Below are positions 25,401-40,400 of a DNA stretch of 64,000 nt, piece by piece; the stretch's first letter is position 1, and each line of letters starts with the position of its first letter. Source of the DNA: Tubiluchus corallicola (taxonomy: Eukaryota > Animalia > Priapulida); NCBI GenBank assembly GCA_030141605.1, contig JAQGDQ010000124.1, positions 124,001 to 188,000 of the forward strand, in the 5' to 3' direction. The notes under the pieces are model-generated. The model had not been told where the DNA came from and made no database searches. It saw nothing but the letters and a program-made list of their open reading frames with translations. Position numbers and translations under genes: made by a program.

Positions 25401-28400
25401 GTTTTTTCCATTAATTGCTTCAAACAAGTCATCAGGCATTCCGTGTAATTGGCTTTGCATGGTTAATGGAACAGTAAAGTTTCTGAACTGTGACTCTAAA
25501 TGATTCTTTTGAATTGTCTGGGGTAATTTTGTTTGTAGTTGTGCTTAAATGTCTTGCCCATGTACGCAGTGAATTAAAAGCATTTGTTCTGTCAATCAAG
25601 CATGGCATTTGCACCGCCAACAAAGTAGTCTCATCAGCTTTTAGGGTGTTAAATACAAATCCACTCTCGCATACTTAGTTCTATGCACAGCACTACTAAC
25701 TCTCCAAATAAACTGTTGCTTCTCCAGATAATCTTCCTATACGACATTTTAGAACTTGCAAGTGTGGTTTGGTCGTTTAAGCACTGACTAGATTAGTTCC
25801 AGATGTTGCTTATGTGACTGGGTTCAACATGAATATTAGTAACTTCATTTTAGGTTTAGCAACTTTCTCCATTGATTTTTCAGCCATGTTGTACAACTTG
25901 TGAACTATTTTTTATTAAAACACGAAATGCTGCTATCTGCTTACCATTATCAACTGTACATTATTTATTTTATAACAAATAATTAAAGAACGTGTAATAT
26001 TTAAAGCATTTGAAGCTTATCGTAATGCATGTACAATTAATACAGTATGGTTAAAATATATTTTGACAAACGGTATAAATAAAAAAGCATTTAAATTTGC
26101 TTATTTACAGTAGATTAACAATTCTTCTTTACTATGCTATCAAACTTTGCCAACTGTGTTAAAAGTACTTTATCAAATTGTTTTTTCTCTGAACGTATTT
26201 TATTTAGTTATAATCCTTGGTATACAGTTATACATATACTGATTAATAATACCTTTGGCAGTATTGCAAAGAAAAGAATTACAAAATATGGTGCATGGCT
26301 ATTAAGTGTTAGTAATGTTTAAATAAATATTAATGTTAAATTAGTAATACTACATACGATCAATTGATGAAAAGATTTACTTAAATTTCATATAGTCTTG
26401 GATAGTTTGAAACAATGTAACATTTTGGTCCCGGTTTAGTTGAGAGGATCCGAAAAGAACTTTCGAAATTTTAAGTTGGTTACTCAAGTTATTTAAATTA
26501 AATGGGAAAACATTTTGTTGACATAGCTGGGTTCGTTTTTCCTCAAGGTTCATTCTACTAGCTGTATATAGGAGACACTCGAGCAAGTAATGGTGTCAAC
26601 TAAGCTGCCAGTTTTATCTCCTCTGCATCCGTGCGGGAGGACCACAAGTGCAGTTTGGTTGAACTAAGCTCCCAGTTCTATCTCTGCGTCTGTGTGAGGG
26701 TCCACAAGTGCAGTTTGGCTGTACTAAGCTCCCAGTTCTATCTCTGCATCCATGTGAGGAACCACAAGTGCAGTTTGGCTGAACTAAGCTCCCAGTTCTA
26801 TCTCTGCGTCTGTGTGAGGAACCACAAGTGCAGTTTGGCTGAACTAAGCTCCCAGTTCTATTTCTGCATCCGTGCGAGGAACCACAAGCGCAGTTTGGCT
26901 GAACTAAACTCCCAGTTCTATCTCTGCATCCGTGTGAGGAACCACAAGTACAATTTGGCTGAACTAAGCTCCCAGTTCTATCTGCATCCAGTTGAGATCC
27001 TGATCTAATTGAGAAAAACTGACTCTCACTTGAGTATGTGGAACTGCTCCTAGATGAGAGCCATGTATATAATATGTTGGTTGGTTAAAAAATTTAGATA
27101 CTATTTGTACCTGCTGCAAAATGTGTCGACGGAAGGAGAGTCTTGTAAAATTTGGCAAATTATTCCATTCATTCACGGACACAGGAAAGAACTAGTATTT
27201 AAAATAGTTACATCTGGTACGATACAAAGCAAAATCGTTTCTGTTATGCAATGAATAATCAAGTAGATCACGATTTACAATTGGCAATATTTCAAATAAA
27301 TACAATGGTGTTTATTGATTAACAATTTTATAAAACATTTTGATTCTGTGAAATATACGTCTTTTTCTGTGTTTAATAACATAACCCATTTGTTATTATT
27401 TTTCAGCTGATTTTTTCCAATTTTTGTTTGCTGTTCAGCAATGGGCTGTATTTCGAATTGAAAAAACGTCGACAGCTTATGCCGGTGGTGACAACAGTAA
27501 GATCAGTCATCGACCACAAAATAATCCTACAAATGATTTTGTTGGCACTGGGTAAGTTTTGCCGAATCTTGTTGTAGTGTAGTTCATAGTTTTTATAAAT
27601 AATGTATTGATCTTGATGTTGTATTTTAATAATTAATTTTCATTTTTAGCTTAAATATTTCAGGAAATACCTGGATTCTTGCAAAGAATTCGTCTTTATG
27701 TACGTTTATTGGATAGTGCTGGCCATACTGTTTCTAGCAGGAACAAGTCGGGTCAGTCTATACTGCATGGGATATGTCCTGTTCTGTTTCTTGTTCCTCT
27801 GGTTTGGCAACGAATTTTTTCTGAAACCGATGCAAATCATACGAAGAATGTGAGTAAATTGTATTTATTGCCTTCATTTTAATTCGACTAATATTTTGGG
27901 CCTTCTTTTTGGTATTTTTTTCAGAACTATTTGTTATGTGTTAAATGAAATTTTTTTTCATAACTGCTTGTTGTGTACTTTCGTATGTGGAAAAATAAGA
28001 AAGTAATTAATATAAACGCAATTATAAGAAATCAAATTTACCTCAAGATGGTACCTGCAGAGAGGCAGAGAATCATTAGCTGTTACAATGCTTCAATAGG
28101 TTTTAGTGTTTAAGACTTCACGACATCTTAGGCTGATGTCCCGCCCATCTGCATTGTGAATTTGTGACTGATTATGTATCGAATAAGTTAAACAATTGCT
28201 TGTGGTGTATTAGTAATACTAGAAACTTAGTCTACATGGTCATAGTTAATTGCGTTAGTTAATATGAACTGCTCTTATATCCAAGTAGGCAGGGTAACTG
28301 CTTGTTGTGTAGTACATTCTGCTTGTTCGTTATATGGCACTTATGTAGCAGTGATTTCAGTAACTGCCTGTGGTGTGTTTTACAATGCTCGTTTTACATA

Positions 28401-31400
28401 AATATGAACGGATACACATTTTTTGAGGAGAATAAGAATTTTTTTGAAAATTGTGTGCCTAAAATGTGGCGCCGTCGGCTATAGGTTAATACGCCCCTGT
28501 TGGTGTGATGACCACTTTGCTTTTTTGCAATGACATCTTGTTTCATGATTGAGTAGATTAGGAAGCCTGGAAAAAGCTTTGATGCACTGGAACTCAAATC
28601 TGGGTTTTCTGCCTTTCTGGGAGCTATCCTAACCACTTCAGTTAAAGATTAGTTTCGGTTTGCCAGGCAGCGTCACTCCGTTCATCTTCCAAAGTCTCAC
28701 TGGTCATATAAATAGTTTTTTTAGAAAAATTGTATGTCACATTTTATATGTTATTGGTAGAAAATGCTTGATTGCTTTCTCGTCTTAAAAAAAGCTGATT
28801 GTGAATTGGTAGCATATTTATCATTTATATAGCTCTGATATATATATGTGTATATATATAAATACTTAAAAGATCTTATTTATTTTTAGGTGGAATATAA
28901 TTTTAATTTACAACTTCTGCGTAATGCTAATAAAGACCTGTATGGAGGTACGTACTAATGAAATTTGAAGAACTGCTGACGTATATCTTTGAAAAAGCTT
29001 TTTTTGTTATTAGTTTTTTGTTTTGATCTCATGTTTACTGTACTGTATGTATATGCTAATAAATAAATTTACTGTGTTCACGTTTGTTTAGGTAATTGGA
29101 TGTGTGTACTTCACCAATTTGTACGAGAATTTTTGTTGGCTGGTACAGCTGCTTTCCATCGCTTGCTTGCGCTCTAGCTATGATATTACTGATGGTAAGT
29201 TCTCACATGGGTTCAGTCCGTTATTCAACATTTAATCTGTCACATGTAAATATCACATAGTATTTTACAGTTGTTACAAGTAATATCTTAGGTCTATATT
29301 ACTTTACTTAAGTTGGACAAGTAGCATTTTAGAGTATCTCATCCATAAAGAAATTCATAATGGGACACATGTATATACATGTTTAGTTGTTAGATCAGTT
29401 ACAAAAATGATGTAATTTTAATATATTAATTTGTTTTTCATCGTTTCATTTCTATGCTTTTACAGATCCTGCTATCGCAGCCAAATGTACCGTACCTAAA
29501 CAGCAAGCTGGCTTGATGTGGGATTGCATCTGCTTCGCTTTCCTGCTTTTGCAACGGCGTATCTTTTACAGTTATTATTTTCAACACGTGGTGGCCGAAC
29601 TGAAAGCTCAAACAGCCCTCGCTTCCAGGTAAGTACATTACTATTGTTTTATTAAATTTTTTTATATTCATTACAATTCCATTAAGATCTCTAAGAGTTC
29701 CAGCAATGGATGATGATCCTGAAAAGGTCGAAGGTTATTAATACCACACTAGCAATTGGTTTGTAAACATGGACAATGCCATGCTTCTATTGTTGTGGTA
29801 ATTGAAGGGATGTTTATTTATGAGTACTGCTTCTTCTATTTGTTAGGTTATTTTTTGATCCCACATCAAATCAAATCAATTTATTTTTCTCAGCAATAGT
29901 TATTTATGCAAACATACAAGATAAATAGGTTAAGCAGTGTAAGAAAAAATTAATCGATAACAGCTGGGTAACACCTTGAAAGCGTAGCAAGTTATGTATA
30001 ATATAAGGTTAGTGGACATGATAGAATGGAAAAATAGTAAGATTAGGGACAGTAAGAAAGAAGGAAGAAAGGAAACGACCACGGTGTATGGTGGGTTTAA
30101 ATTACACAGAGTTGTATTCAAACTAGCATGATATTAGAAATAATTGGAAGCTAGCTATTGCGACTGTGATGAGACATGGGAACATATTTGATTATATTAT
30201 AAATATTAAACTAAGATGGTTCTTTTCAAGTACTTTATGAAACTATAGATAGTTTTGTGTATTCATACTTGAACACCTATGTTATTCCAGTTGCTGGCTG
30301 TTGAGAATTTAATAAAGTGTCTGGGACAATTAGTACGACAATAAGGGGCATGACATTCAGTGAACTTTGTACAATCATATTTTGAGTTTGCGGTTTTTGT
30401 AATAAGGGAACTAAGATATTGGACCAAGATATCAATAACTTTTGACCTGTAGCCTTAAACTGCAACTGCATGTGCGCATAGGGAAGAAAAGGATTATTCA
30501 CTGCATTTTCTTTTACAGGGGAGCAGAACTAATCAATGGCATTTTGATTCGCGAGTATGCCGAGCAACAGCAACTTGAATATGAGGTGGTTATTAAAATC
30601 AAACAGAAGATGGATCGCATACGAAAGTATCAGCTGAAAGTCTCCAAATATAAAGTCGACGAACCAGAAACACACTTTGAAGGTATAAAAATGGGAAGAC
30701 GATAGACCTGTGTACTTTTTTTGTTGTGACAGTGTTTTTTAAGCAATTATTTGTATGATTAATTTGTATTTGTCGGTTAAGATTTTAGGTCACAAAATCC
30801 CACCAGAAATTAAGACAACTTCTTTGTCAAAATTGCGTCTTATGATCATAATAATATCAGAAATTATGGTTATGGTTAATACTCTCATCTTTAAATTTAA
30901 AATGGATTTTGTGTTAAATCCTAAAGTAATGCTTCATCCTTCTCTCCCCTTATGTGCTGTTTTCACAAAAAAATTGCAACTATTTGTGATCACAACAGAA
31001 TTTTTGCTGCTGGTTTTAGCAACAATACAAATGTGGTTAGACTTGAATCTTGAACAAATTCCGTCACATTGCCAATTTCAAAGTTCCTCATTTTCAGACG
31101 CCGATGATTCACGCTCGAAATTCTCTGGACTGAGTCCCCAAAATGGGGATCATGATGGTCTGTGCATAATATGCACTATGTGTATTGTTGCTCTTTAAAG
31201 CATTTATTTGAGTGGCTTCTGAATCTGTACTAATATAACAGTGCACTGGCTTAATAATGATAATTACCATGTGCTACTTGCAGTTTTTGCGCTTATTAAT
31301 GCTCTGTGTTACAGTGCAGTGAAATGATTATATCAGTTTTCTTTTCGTTTGCAAGCAGTACATGTTTGCTTGCTGAAACTGAAAAGTAAAACTTCTTTGT

Positions 31401-34400
31401 ACATTTATTTGCATGATTTTCTACAATGTCTACATGTATTTTTGCTCATTTTACCTTCTTACATTACTGTCTTCCAAATGAGGAATAAGCTGCAATTTTA
31501 AAACACCTGAATTGGCCAAACACTTAAAATGTTACTTAAAAATGATGCACAAAACCTCGCAAACAAAAGAAAATAAACAAGACCAGCACACTATGTACTT
31601 AAAAATTCTAAATGTAGCTTGGTTGCATAGACAGAATTATTTCTGCTGTTTTTATTACCAACGTCTAGTTACTATTAAGCTGAAGCAGCGTGTAGTCAGT
31701 TTCTTGACTAGTGTTGAGAATTACAAGCATATTCACATAAATATTAATAATAACAAATAAGTACATTTTTTATAACAAGTCGCCACAATCAGATCTGTGG
31801 CCGCTTGAGACGTGGCTCGACTTTGTTGTAACTTTGCTTGTTAAAAATATTGAAACGTTGTTTAGGTCTTATTTAAAATAAGGCAGGAAGTTGTCGGAAG
31901 TTGAAATAAGTGTTTCAATTGTGTTTATTGGCTCCTCGATATCGCAGTGAGTGCATTTAGTTGCTGTCATTAACATTCTACATATAATAGAATAACACTT
32001 AACAGTAGTTTATAAGAATAATAATTACTAGAATTCTTACTTTGTAACGTGCTAACACTGAAAGGGACTGGTTTGTTTTTAACAATTCATAATTCATTTG
32101 AAATCTTCAACAAAATGTTTCCTATCAGAAAAAAGCTTCAAGCTTTTTTGAGTTTCCATCGCATTAAATTTTAATGAGACGGCTTCTGTTGCACAAAGAA
32201 ACAAGCTTTAGTTTGTATAAAAGCACAACTCTCATTTCATATAAGTACTAATGTATATTTCATTTGTTATGGTTCAGCTAATAATTTCCTTGAGCATTAC
32301 TGGGTGGCGTAATTTTAACATATTAAAACAAATTTAATCTACTCCTGTTGCAAGCAATTTGCAGCCATTAACATGCAAGTAAATGTAACATACTGCAAGT
32401 TCCTTAGCTTTAACTTAGCAGTTTTGAAGTGAGTAACTCCCTCTTGCATTGAGAATAAATAAAATGGCTACCATTGATGTGTTTTAATACTAATGCTTAA
32501 CTTCTTGTTCAGCTATTCGTGCCGGAGACTATTACATGTTCGAAGAAGATGAGGAAATGGACGCAGCTCTCACGGAGCTTGACGAAGGTTCCGAACTGTT
32601 TTCTCCTGCTGCTGAGGTATTTCTGTTTGCTTGTATTACGTCTTTCCATAGCTTACCAGGTTGTATTGGTTTCTAAATTATTTCCACTAAAATTATATTT
32701 CTGAAAAAAATGTCTTCTTATTAGGGGTGAACATTGTCTACCAGAAAGCAAATTCAAATCAAATTATAAACAGTAGGAAGTGTGATTACGTAGCTAATTT
32801 GAGCAAAACCCTGTCAGTGTGCTGATTAACCAAAAAAAAGGCAAATTATTTTCAAGATTGGTAGATTCACAGTGATTATTTATTTATTTGTTTAGACAGA
32901 AATTATTTTTAAAGTCAACAAGTGCTTAGAATCTTAAAGACTTTTTTCTTTTTAAAACAAAAACTTTTGTAATCAGATGCATTTCGTCAATTTTTAAAAT
33001 GTTAGTTTGGCATCATTTATGGACTGGTAGTTTTATTACCAGTCTCAATCCAAACTGTGAACTCCTGATCAAGGAACAGTGGGAAATATATCAAAATTAG
33101 CAAAAGGGCTCACAAGTGTCCCATGCCAATAACTTTTTACAGATAATTGACTGTCAAAAGTGAGTCAGTAGTATCCTCGGTTACAATAATATCTTTAAAA
33201 AAGTAACTATATTACCATTTATGACTTCTTTACCTTTTTTCAGGCCTCTGAACACAAATCAAATGTTCTTATGTTGATTGATCAAGCAATGAAAAGCAGT
33301 AGTTTTCATGATGCTGTACGTAGAGTTAAAGCTGGAAGAACATCTCGTCACGATTCAGCATCTAGCGAACTGTCCCACGTGTCTGCGGCTAGTGATTTGG
33401 CCAAGGTTCGCATCATTTGCAGTAATTTATACTTTTTAATTATATAAAATATAGATATTAAATATTTCAGAACCGTCCGTCGTTATAAAAGACGTCCCGT
33501 CTTTTACAGGAAATGTGGTCAGCTGTATTAGGTGTATTAGTGCACTTCATTACTAAACTTATATATATAGTTCAAGAATTTAGTATGCATAGGAGTATGC
33601 ATTTGTATCATTAATTTTAAAGTAGATTTGAACACTGTGGAGCATGTACATGTACCACTTCTCTCAGTCTGGTTAGAAAACTTGTTTTATTTTGGACAAG
33701 GAAATCATATCTCTTAGAACATGTTCATTTAATCGCTTTGTGTTTGGTATCGCAGCCTTACCTAATGATTGTACAACTAAAATTGACCCTGTGCCAACAA
33801 TGTTTATTAACAACTGCCGGAAAATTTTAATGGAAATTTTTTGACAAGTTTCTTGAAATTGTGATCTGTGTTGACATAGCCGCACACATGCACACAATTT
33901 TTGTGAATCTATTTCATTGTTTCATGTTGTCATGTTTACATTGTTTCAAATTTTAATGATTTTTTAAGTGCTCAGCTCAGTACAGTGTCAGTGCTCTTAC
34001 GTACCGCTTTTCATGTGCAAATGGTTCTTGATATTTTCTAAAACTGATATATGCATCCACATTTCTTTTAGCTGTGTGTTTTATCTACTTCCTTTTTTTT
34101 ACAGATTGGCAGTCCAAAGACAATACATTTTCCTGAAACTGATCCTGGAGCCGGGCCATCTTCTCACGTGGACCAAAGTCCTGTTTTGCCAGAGGAATCG
34201 CTTAGAAAATCTACGTTAACAGAAGTGGAGTTAGATGATGAAGTGTTTGAGGCAAAACTTGAAAAGCAACGTAATTATAGAATGTAGAATTTCTTGTTAT
34301 TGAATTGGAGTACACTACTTGGATGTTTTCTGTTGCCTGATTTGTTCAAATAATTTTTACTACATTTTTTCTTAGTTTGTTTTTACAAAGTTGTTACATT

Positions 34401-34414
34401 ATGACAGTAATATA

Positions 34415-34463
<49 letters not shown>

Positions 34464-37400
34464 GTGATGGTGGTGGTGGTGATGATCACAACGACGACGA
34501 GGACGATGACGGTGACGGTGACAATGACAATGACGATGATTTATAATAGCTCACGATATATGATGTAGCTCATCATATCGTAGTGGTGTTGATGTGCTTT
34601 ACAAATAAAAGTTCTGTAATCAGTTATGATGGTAATTTTATATTACATATTGCAATAATTAAAATTGGATTTTTTTGTTGAATTTGCTTTTCTTTTGATT
34701 TCCAGCTTCTACTTGGTCAAAGTTCCGCAGCATGCTTGAATTCTTCTGGCTATTCCTGTGCGGGATCATGGACAGTGTCTCCGCTGTTCTCAATCACTCT
34801 TCAAAAGACTACAGATATGTAGCTGAAGTTCTGAGACTGGAAAAAATGAAGCTGAAAGAAGTTGTAAGAAATATTTAAGCATAGCTATCGGTTGTGCAAA
34901 CTATTTCACTAAATGTACAAAACAATAACATGTGATATATTGTTGACTCTAGGATGCTACTAAGAGATTAACAAGTACCCTTATGCATTCAATATTTAAT
35001 TATTGTTATGGTCTTAAATTGCTCAAATAAATTTAATTGGTTTACCAAAAACCGGAATTAATAGCTTAGCTCTTCTGGTGATGGTTAGTGGTGATCTAAG
35101 AACACACTAGTGGTGTAGCAAAAAACTATTTGTGGCGTGGGGGGGAACTTCTTTTAATGTGTTTTCATTTGTTTTATGGGTGAAGCCACAAATTGTGCAT
35201 GTTTTTGCGTCCCTGAACACGACTTTCCTTTTTCGATATGATGGGATAAAGATAAACAAAATCTTTGTAAGAATCACCCTGAGTTTCATTTACAGTACTG
35301 CACCAGAATAACTCTAAGCTTTTCTATGAATTCATTATGTGTAGCACGACAGTCCTTAAACATTCAGTTCCAGCATTAAAACAGGCAAAGATTATGAAAG
35401 ATACAGAACATTACAGATTTTCACACTAATACAGTAGGCATTTAGAGAAACGGTAATGCTTATCCCAAAATTATCGAACAGCTAAACCACACGTCACCCT
35501 ACACATGCCATTAAGTAACAACAGTAGCTTTTTTCTAGGCTGTATATAGTAATTAAGTCAGCTACGTTGATCTCTGACTATGCAGTTTTGTTGTAGTTTG
35601 AAAACTTTTGTCAATTGTTTTGTTAATGTCGCATTCGTAATTAATAATTAACAGTCATTGAACTCTGGTAGAATTTTGTACCCTTGCGCCCAGGTGCGAT
35701 TGCCGCCCTGTTGCCCTCACTTTGCTACACCTTTGGAATACACGTGTGGTTAATACTCTTGAATTTCTTGAAACGTCTGTGAGACGTGTAGTGGAGAAGC
35801 TTGAATTTGAGTTCCTATGTCTTCGGATGCAGAATTCTCTATTTTACTGATATTTTGATGAATTAAAATATTTATTTTCGACTTATTATTGTTGTCTCCC
35901 ATTAGTGACAGGTTTGGAACCACTGAACACATTTTAAATCTATTATTACTGGTAGTAAAATAAGTATAAATACTGTAAATAATTTTTTGAAAAAATTACT
36001 AAATCGTTGATAAGGTACCTGCGTTCAAAACAGTACCATCTTAGTTGATCTTTATTTTTTTTCTTACAGCACAGGTTTTCATATTACAATCTTAGTATGG
36101 CTGCTCGTAAATCTATATTAGCGGGAGAATCCATGGATAAAGAAGCTAAAAAGGAGGGCTCTGAGGAACGGTGTGTTTATCATACCTCAGTTTCATTCGT
36201 TTTTATTTAGATTTTGCCAAATGGTAGCAGATTAGTGGCAAATAATGATTCCAAGTGCTACTGTCTTAGGTGACTTAGGCATCACGTTATAATGAGGCTT
36301 TAGCAAAAGAACATTCTCTAAAAGTGCTTTCTGAAGCGAATAGGATAGCTAACTTAATGTTTTGCAATAGAAGAATAAAAATTTTCTCTGTAATGCATTT
36401 AAAACTTATGGGGGCCTTTAATTGAATTTTTATCATCTATGTTGTGTCCAATTTTGTAGGAGATGTAGATACTGTTGAAAACATGTAAAGCTATTTTACA
36501 AAACATTTATATGTATATATATATATATATATATGTGTACATATGTGTATATACATACATATATACACATATATATACATAAAATTTGGGAGTTCAGATA
36601 TTCTCTTGCTTTGAAACGAGAAAGCATTGAATGATTTGGTCTCACAGTATAATTCACAGCGATGTTGATGAAGATCCAGACAAGTTTTTTCTTGATCTAG
36701 AACAAAAAGCTAATTGTGTAAGACTGTACGCTCGTAATTGATTAAAACCTTTGAATGCATTGCAGGCCTCATGATGGTGATGTGATTGTCCACATTGATG
36801 GCAGCGAGCGCCCGGACCCGCCGACATGGCTCGCACTAAAACAAGCGTACGCCTTTTTAATTAACTTTTACGTATTTTACAGTTTATGCCGCTTTTAATG
36901 CATTGAAAACGTATTCATTGCCAATCATTTTCGATTTGAGCCTGTAAGCCAGTCAGGACAGCAAGTGCTGAAAATCTGACATACTAAAGACTAGCCTGCA
37001 ATAAACATATTCTTTTTAAATTTTCCATACCTCTTTTTTCTTATTTCTTGTCACTTGTTCTAGTTTCTAGTTGTAAGGAATGACTGTAACGTTTATTACA
37101 AATCGAAGTTATCAAAACTTACAAACCGCAGCTTGTTAAAATGCAGTGATTCATTTAAAAGTTGTTTCGAAAACTGTGTGTAACATGTTAATTTTAAAGC
37201 TTTATGCCATACGTGTTTTATTATACTGAATTCTATAGTGCCTATCAAATTTTTTTGCACCTGTGTAAAGAAAGCTGTGTTTACTCAAATTTGGACAGTA
37301 CGTGAGCTTAAAATTACTATAAGAACTATTTTTGCAGTTATTTAAGTTATGGTAAAACTTACATTCAAAACTTCAGCTTTTCTAATATATACAACCATTG

Positions 37401-40400
37401 TATGCAATTTCTCATCGTTAAATAAAAAGTGGAAGTTGAGAAATATATTATAATGCCAGTTATTGTAAGTTTCATGAAATATATTTCTAGGTCCATTTCC
37501 ATGCAAGAAGAGCCAGAGCCGTCAGCTATACGTTTACTTCGGGCCATCTACCATGCTCTTATATCCCATTCAGAGCTACTGTGTTATTTTATCATCGTGT
37601 TAAACCAGCTGAGTAATGCAAGCATTATCTCATTGCCGTTGCCTCTTCTTGTGTTCTTTTGGGGCACGCTGTCAGTGCCACGCCCTACCAAGTCTTTTTG
37701 GATAACAGTTATCACTTATGTTGAAGTAAGTTCTTATACGTTTTTTCTTTTGAATGTCAACAGTGTTAAACATTTTTGAACCCGCACAATAAAGTAAATT
37801 ACCTCTGCTGATTCAAGTGATTTTTAGAGGCTTACATTTTTGCTGTAACCATGTTACACTAAACACTGTGGAACAAAATTGCCACATTTCTGATTGCTTG
37901 ATGGCTTGAATGGGGAAATTATAAAAATGAATTTTATCAGTGCAATAATAATAATCGAGTTTTTTTTAGTAATGCTTGTTTTCTCAGTTTTCACATTGTT
38001 TTAATATTTGTGTGTTATATTACTACAAAATATATTTTCACATTTATGTTCACTGCATATGACACGAAGTGTCTTTTTCAGTTAAGATGTATTAACCTTT
38101 ATGACTTATGATATACATATTATCTTCCTCACACCGAAGGGAAAATTTTAGTAACAGCAAAGACTTTACTTTTTAGCATTTTCCATATTTCCATTCAAGA
38201 AAAATATCTCATAAATATTATCAGTTTTACTAGGTTAGCGTGCAAGAAGATGTCTGCTTTAAATTGATATTGTGTATTTTCAGGCCATCGTCGTGGTTAA
38301 GTACATCTTCCAGTTTGGCTTTTACAAGTGGAATGATGATGCTGATTATAGTCCGTTTTGGCCACCACGGATTTTGGGAATTGAAAAACGAGACAACTAT
38401 GCAGTTTGGGACCTAGTGACGTTGTTGGCCCTTTTCTTCCATAGGTCTATACTAAAGGTAAGGACTATACGTTTGGCATCTAATTGTATAATAAGTCAAT
38501 AATGGTTAGGAATAAAATTCTAAGGCATTACTTTAGTTATTAAAAAGGAGAAATGTGAAAAATAAGCTGAAATAAAATGAAATGAAACTTTTATGTTTTG
38601 TTTGTGTATTAGTACAACTGCTCTTTTCTTGAAAGTATGAATTATTCAGCAATTCTTCAGATTTCTACTCAAGAAGTTTTGCATTTATTTTCTTACCTGC
38701 AATGTGTAAATTTGCGTATAATTAAAAAAAATATTTCAGTCACTTGGTTTGTGGAAAAATACAACTGAAGAATCGGCTCCTAAAAGCACTGAGCAGACAA
38801 CAACGGAAGCCTTGGAACACTCCGAAGCTTTGACGACTCCGGATCATGATCCAAACAAGCCTGCTGACGAAACTAAAGCAATTATGGAATCACCTGCTGA
38901 CGAAACTAAAGCCATTGTGGAATCACCTGCTAACGTGGAAAGTGATGGCACTTTCAAAACTGCTAGCGATGAACCACAGCCACCTGAAACTGCTGATAAA
39001 GATGCTCCTCGAGGTAAACACAAAGGTAAATGTTCTCATTGAAAGCTAATTATTGGCTACAGGGTTGTTATGGAACTGACTGGCTGTGTAACTTCACACT
39101 TGAGTTCTTGACAGGGTGCTCACAGGTCGCCAAGATAACTAATGGCAATAGTACCATTTTCTCAACTTCAAAGCTTCTTAATGCAGGAGCTCCTCAAGGG
39201 TGCATCTTATCTCCAATGCTATGCACTTTTTTATATATGACTGTGAAGTATCTTCCCCAAATACTATGATGGTAAAATTCACTGATGATACCACACTGGC
39301 TGGCCTTATTTGCAGTAACATTGAGACTAATTATTTTTTGGAAATTTAAAATTTAATATGATTGTACGAACTGAATAATTTAGAACTGAATGTTTATAAA
39401 ATAAAAAGAAATTATCATAGACTTTAGAAAAGAGCCTGATGGAAAAGCACCTTTGCTTATAGATAATACAGCTGTAGAAATTGTTAAAGATTTCAAATTT
39501 CTGGGAATAAAAATTTCAGATGATCTTAAATGGGAAGCTAATGTGCTCTATTGAGTTAAAACGGCCCCTCAGCATCTGTACTTTTCAAGACAACTCAAAT
39601 TTACCGTTGCCCCTACTGTGATGGAACTTTTATCGTGCACTAATTGAGAGCGTTTTAACAATATCCCTCACTGTTTGGTATGCCGCTACCATGCAGGGAG
39701 ACCACAATGTTCTTGATCAAATTGTTAAATCCACCTCAAAAATTGTAGTAATTCAACAGCAATCTATGGCATATTTGTATGAAAGTGGGTTCGCAAAGAG
39801 AGCGCAAGTTATCATGAAAAATGAATTCCATCCAGGTAATAAATACTTTGAAATGTTCCCCTCTGGTCATAGATTCTGCTCAATTAACGCTAAAACCACA
39901 AGAACTTTAAATTCTTTCTATCCCGTTGCAGTTCACACCATCAGCAGTAAATTTCAGTAAATCTCCAATATTAATTCTTGATGTCACTGTACAACTGATT
40001 GAATTATTTGTGTTAATCTCCTTGTTGTTTCCGTAAGTTAACTGCAGTACGTAAAGCCTCATAAATTTCATTGTATGTATTATGCTGTAATGACAACAAA
40101 TTGCTTACTTGCTTGTTTATGAACCTTTCCTGGAATTCTTTTACTTTTAAAAATCTTTTTTCCATAACACTATGAACTTGAATCAGTTCCTTTTATCATG
40201 GAGGAACTCGGAAATGGATAGAATAAGTTTCTTTTCTTAAATGAGAACTAGGAAGTGGAACTAGTTCGTTTAACTTCTACTGTTTCAATATGACGATTAC
40301 ACCCAAGTGTTGGCATGCTTTTGTGTGATGCGTGATTCTTTAATGTACATTGTATTGTATATTGTATTGTGTTGTTTGTATTGCATATTGTATTGTGTTG

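Noticed and set aside
26597-26989. CRISPR-like array, or a 125-aa repeat protein (ORF 26631-27008)
   Set aside because: The units are contiguous with no unique spacers and the context is a eukaryotic intron; the ORF is a by-product of a 60-bp unit
36460-36717. Two exon-like pieces (36460-36484 GDVDTVEN; 36648-36717 [20 protein letters not shown])
   Set aside because: They look protein-like, but I could not reconcile their phases with the flanking exons (36170 and 37491, both phase 2); needs RNA-seq
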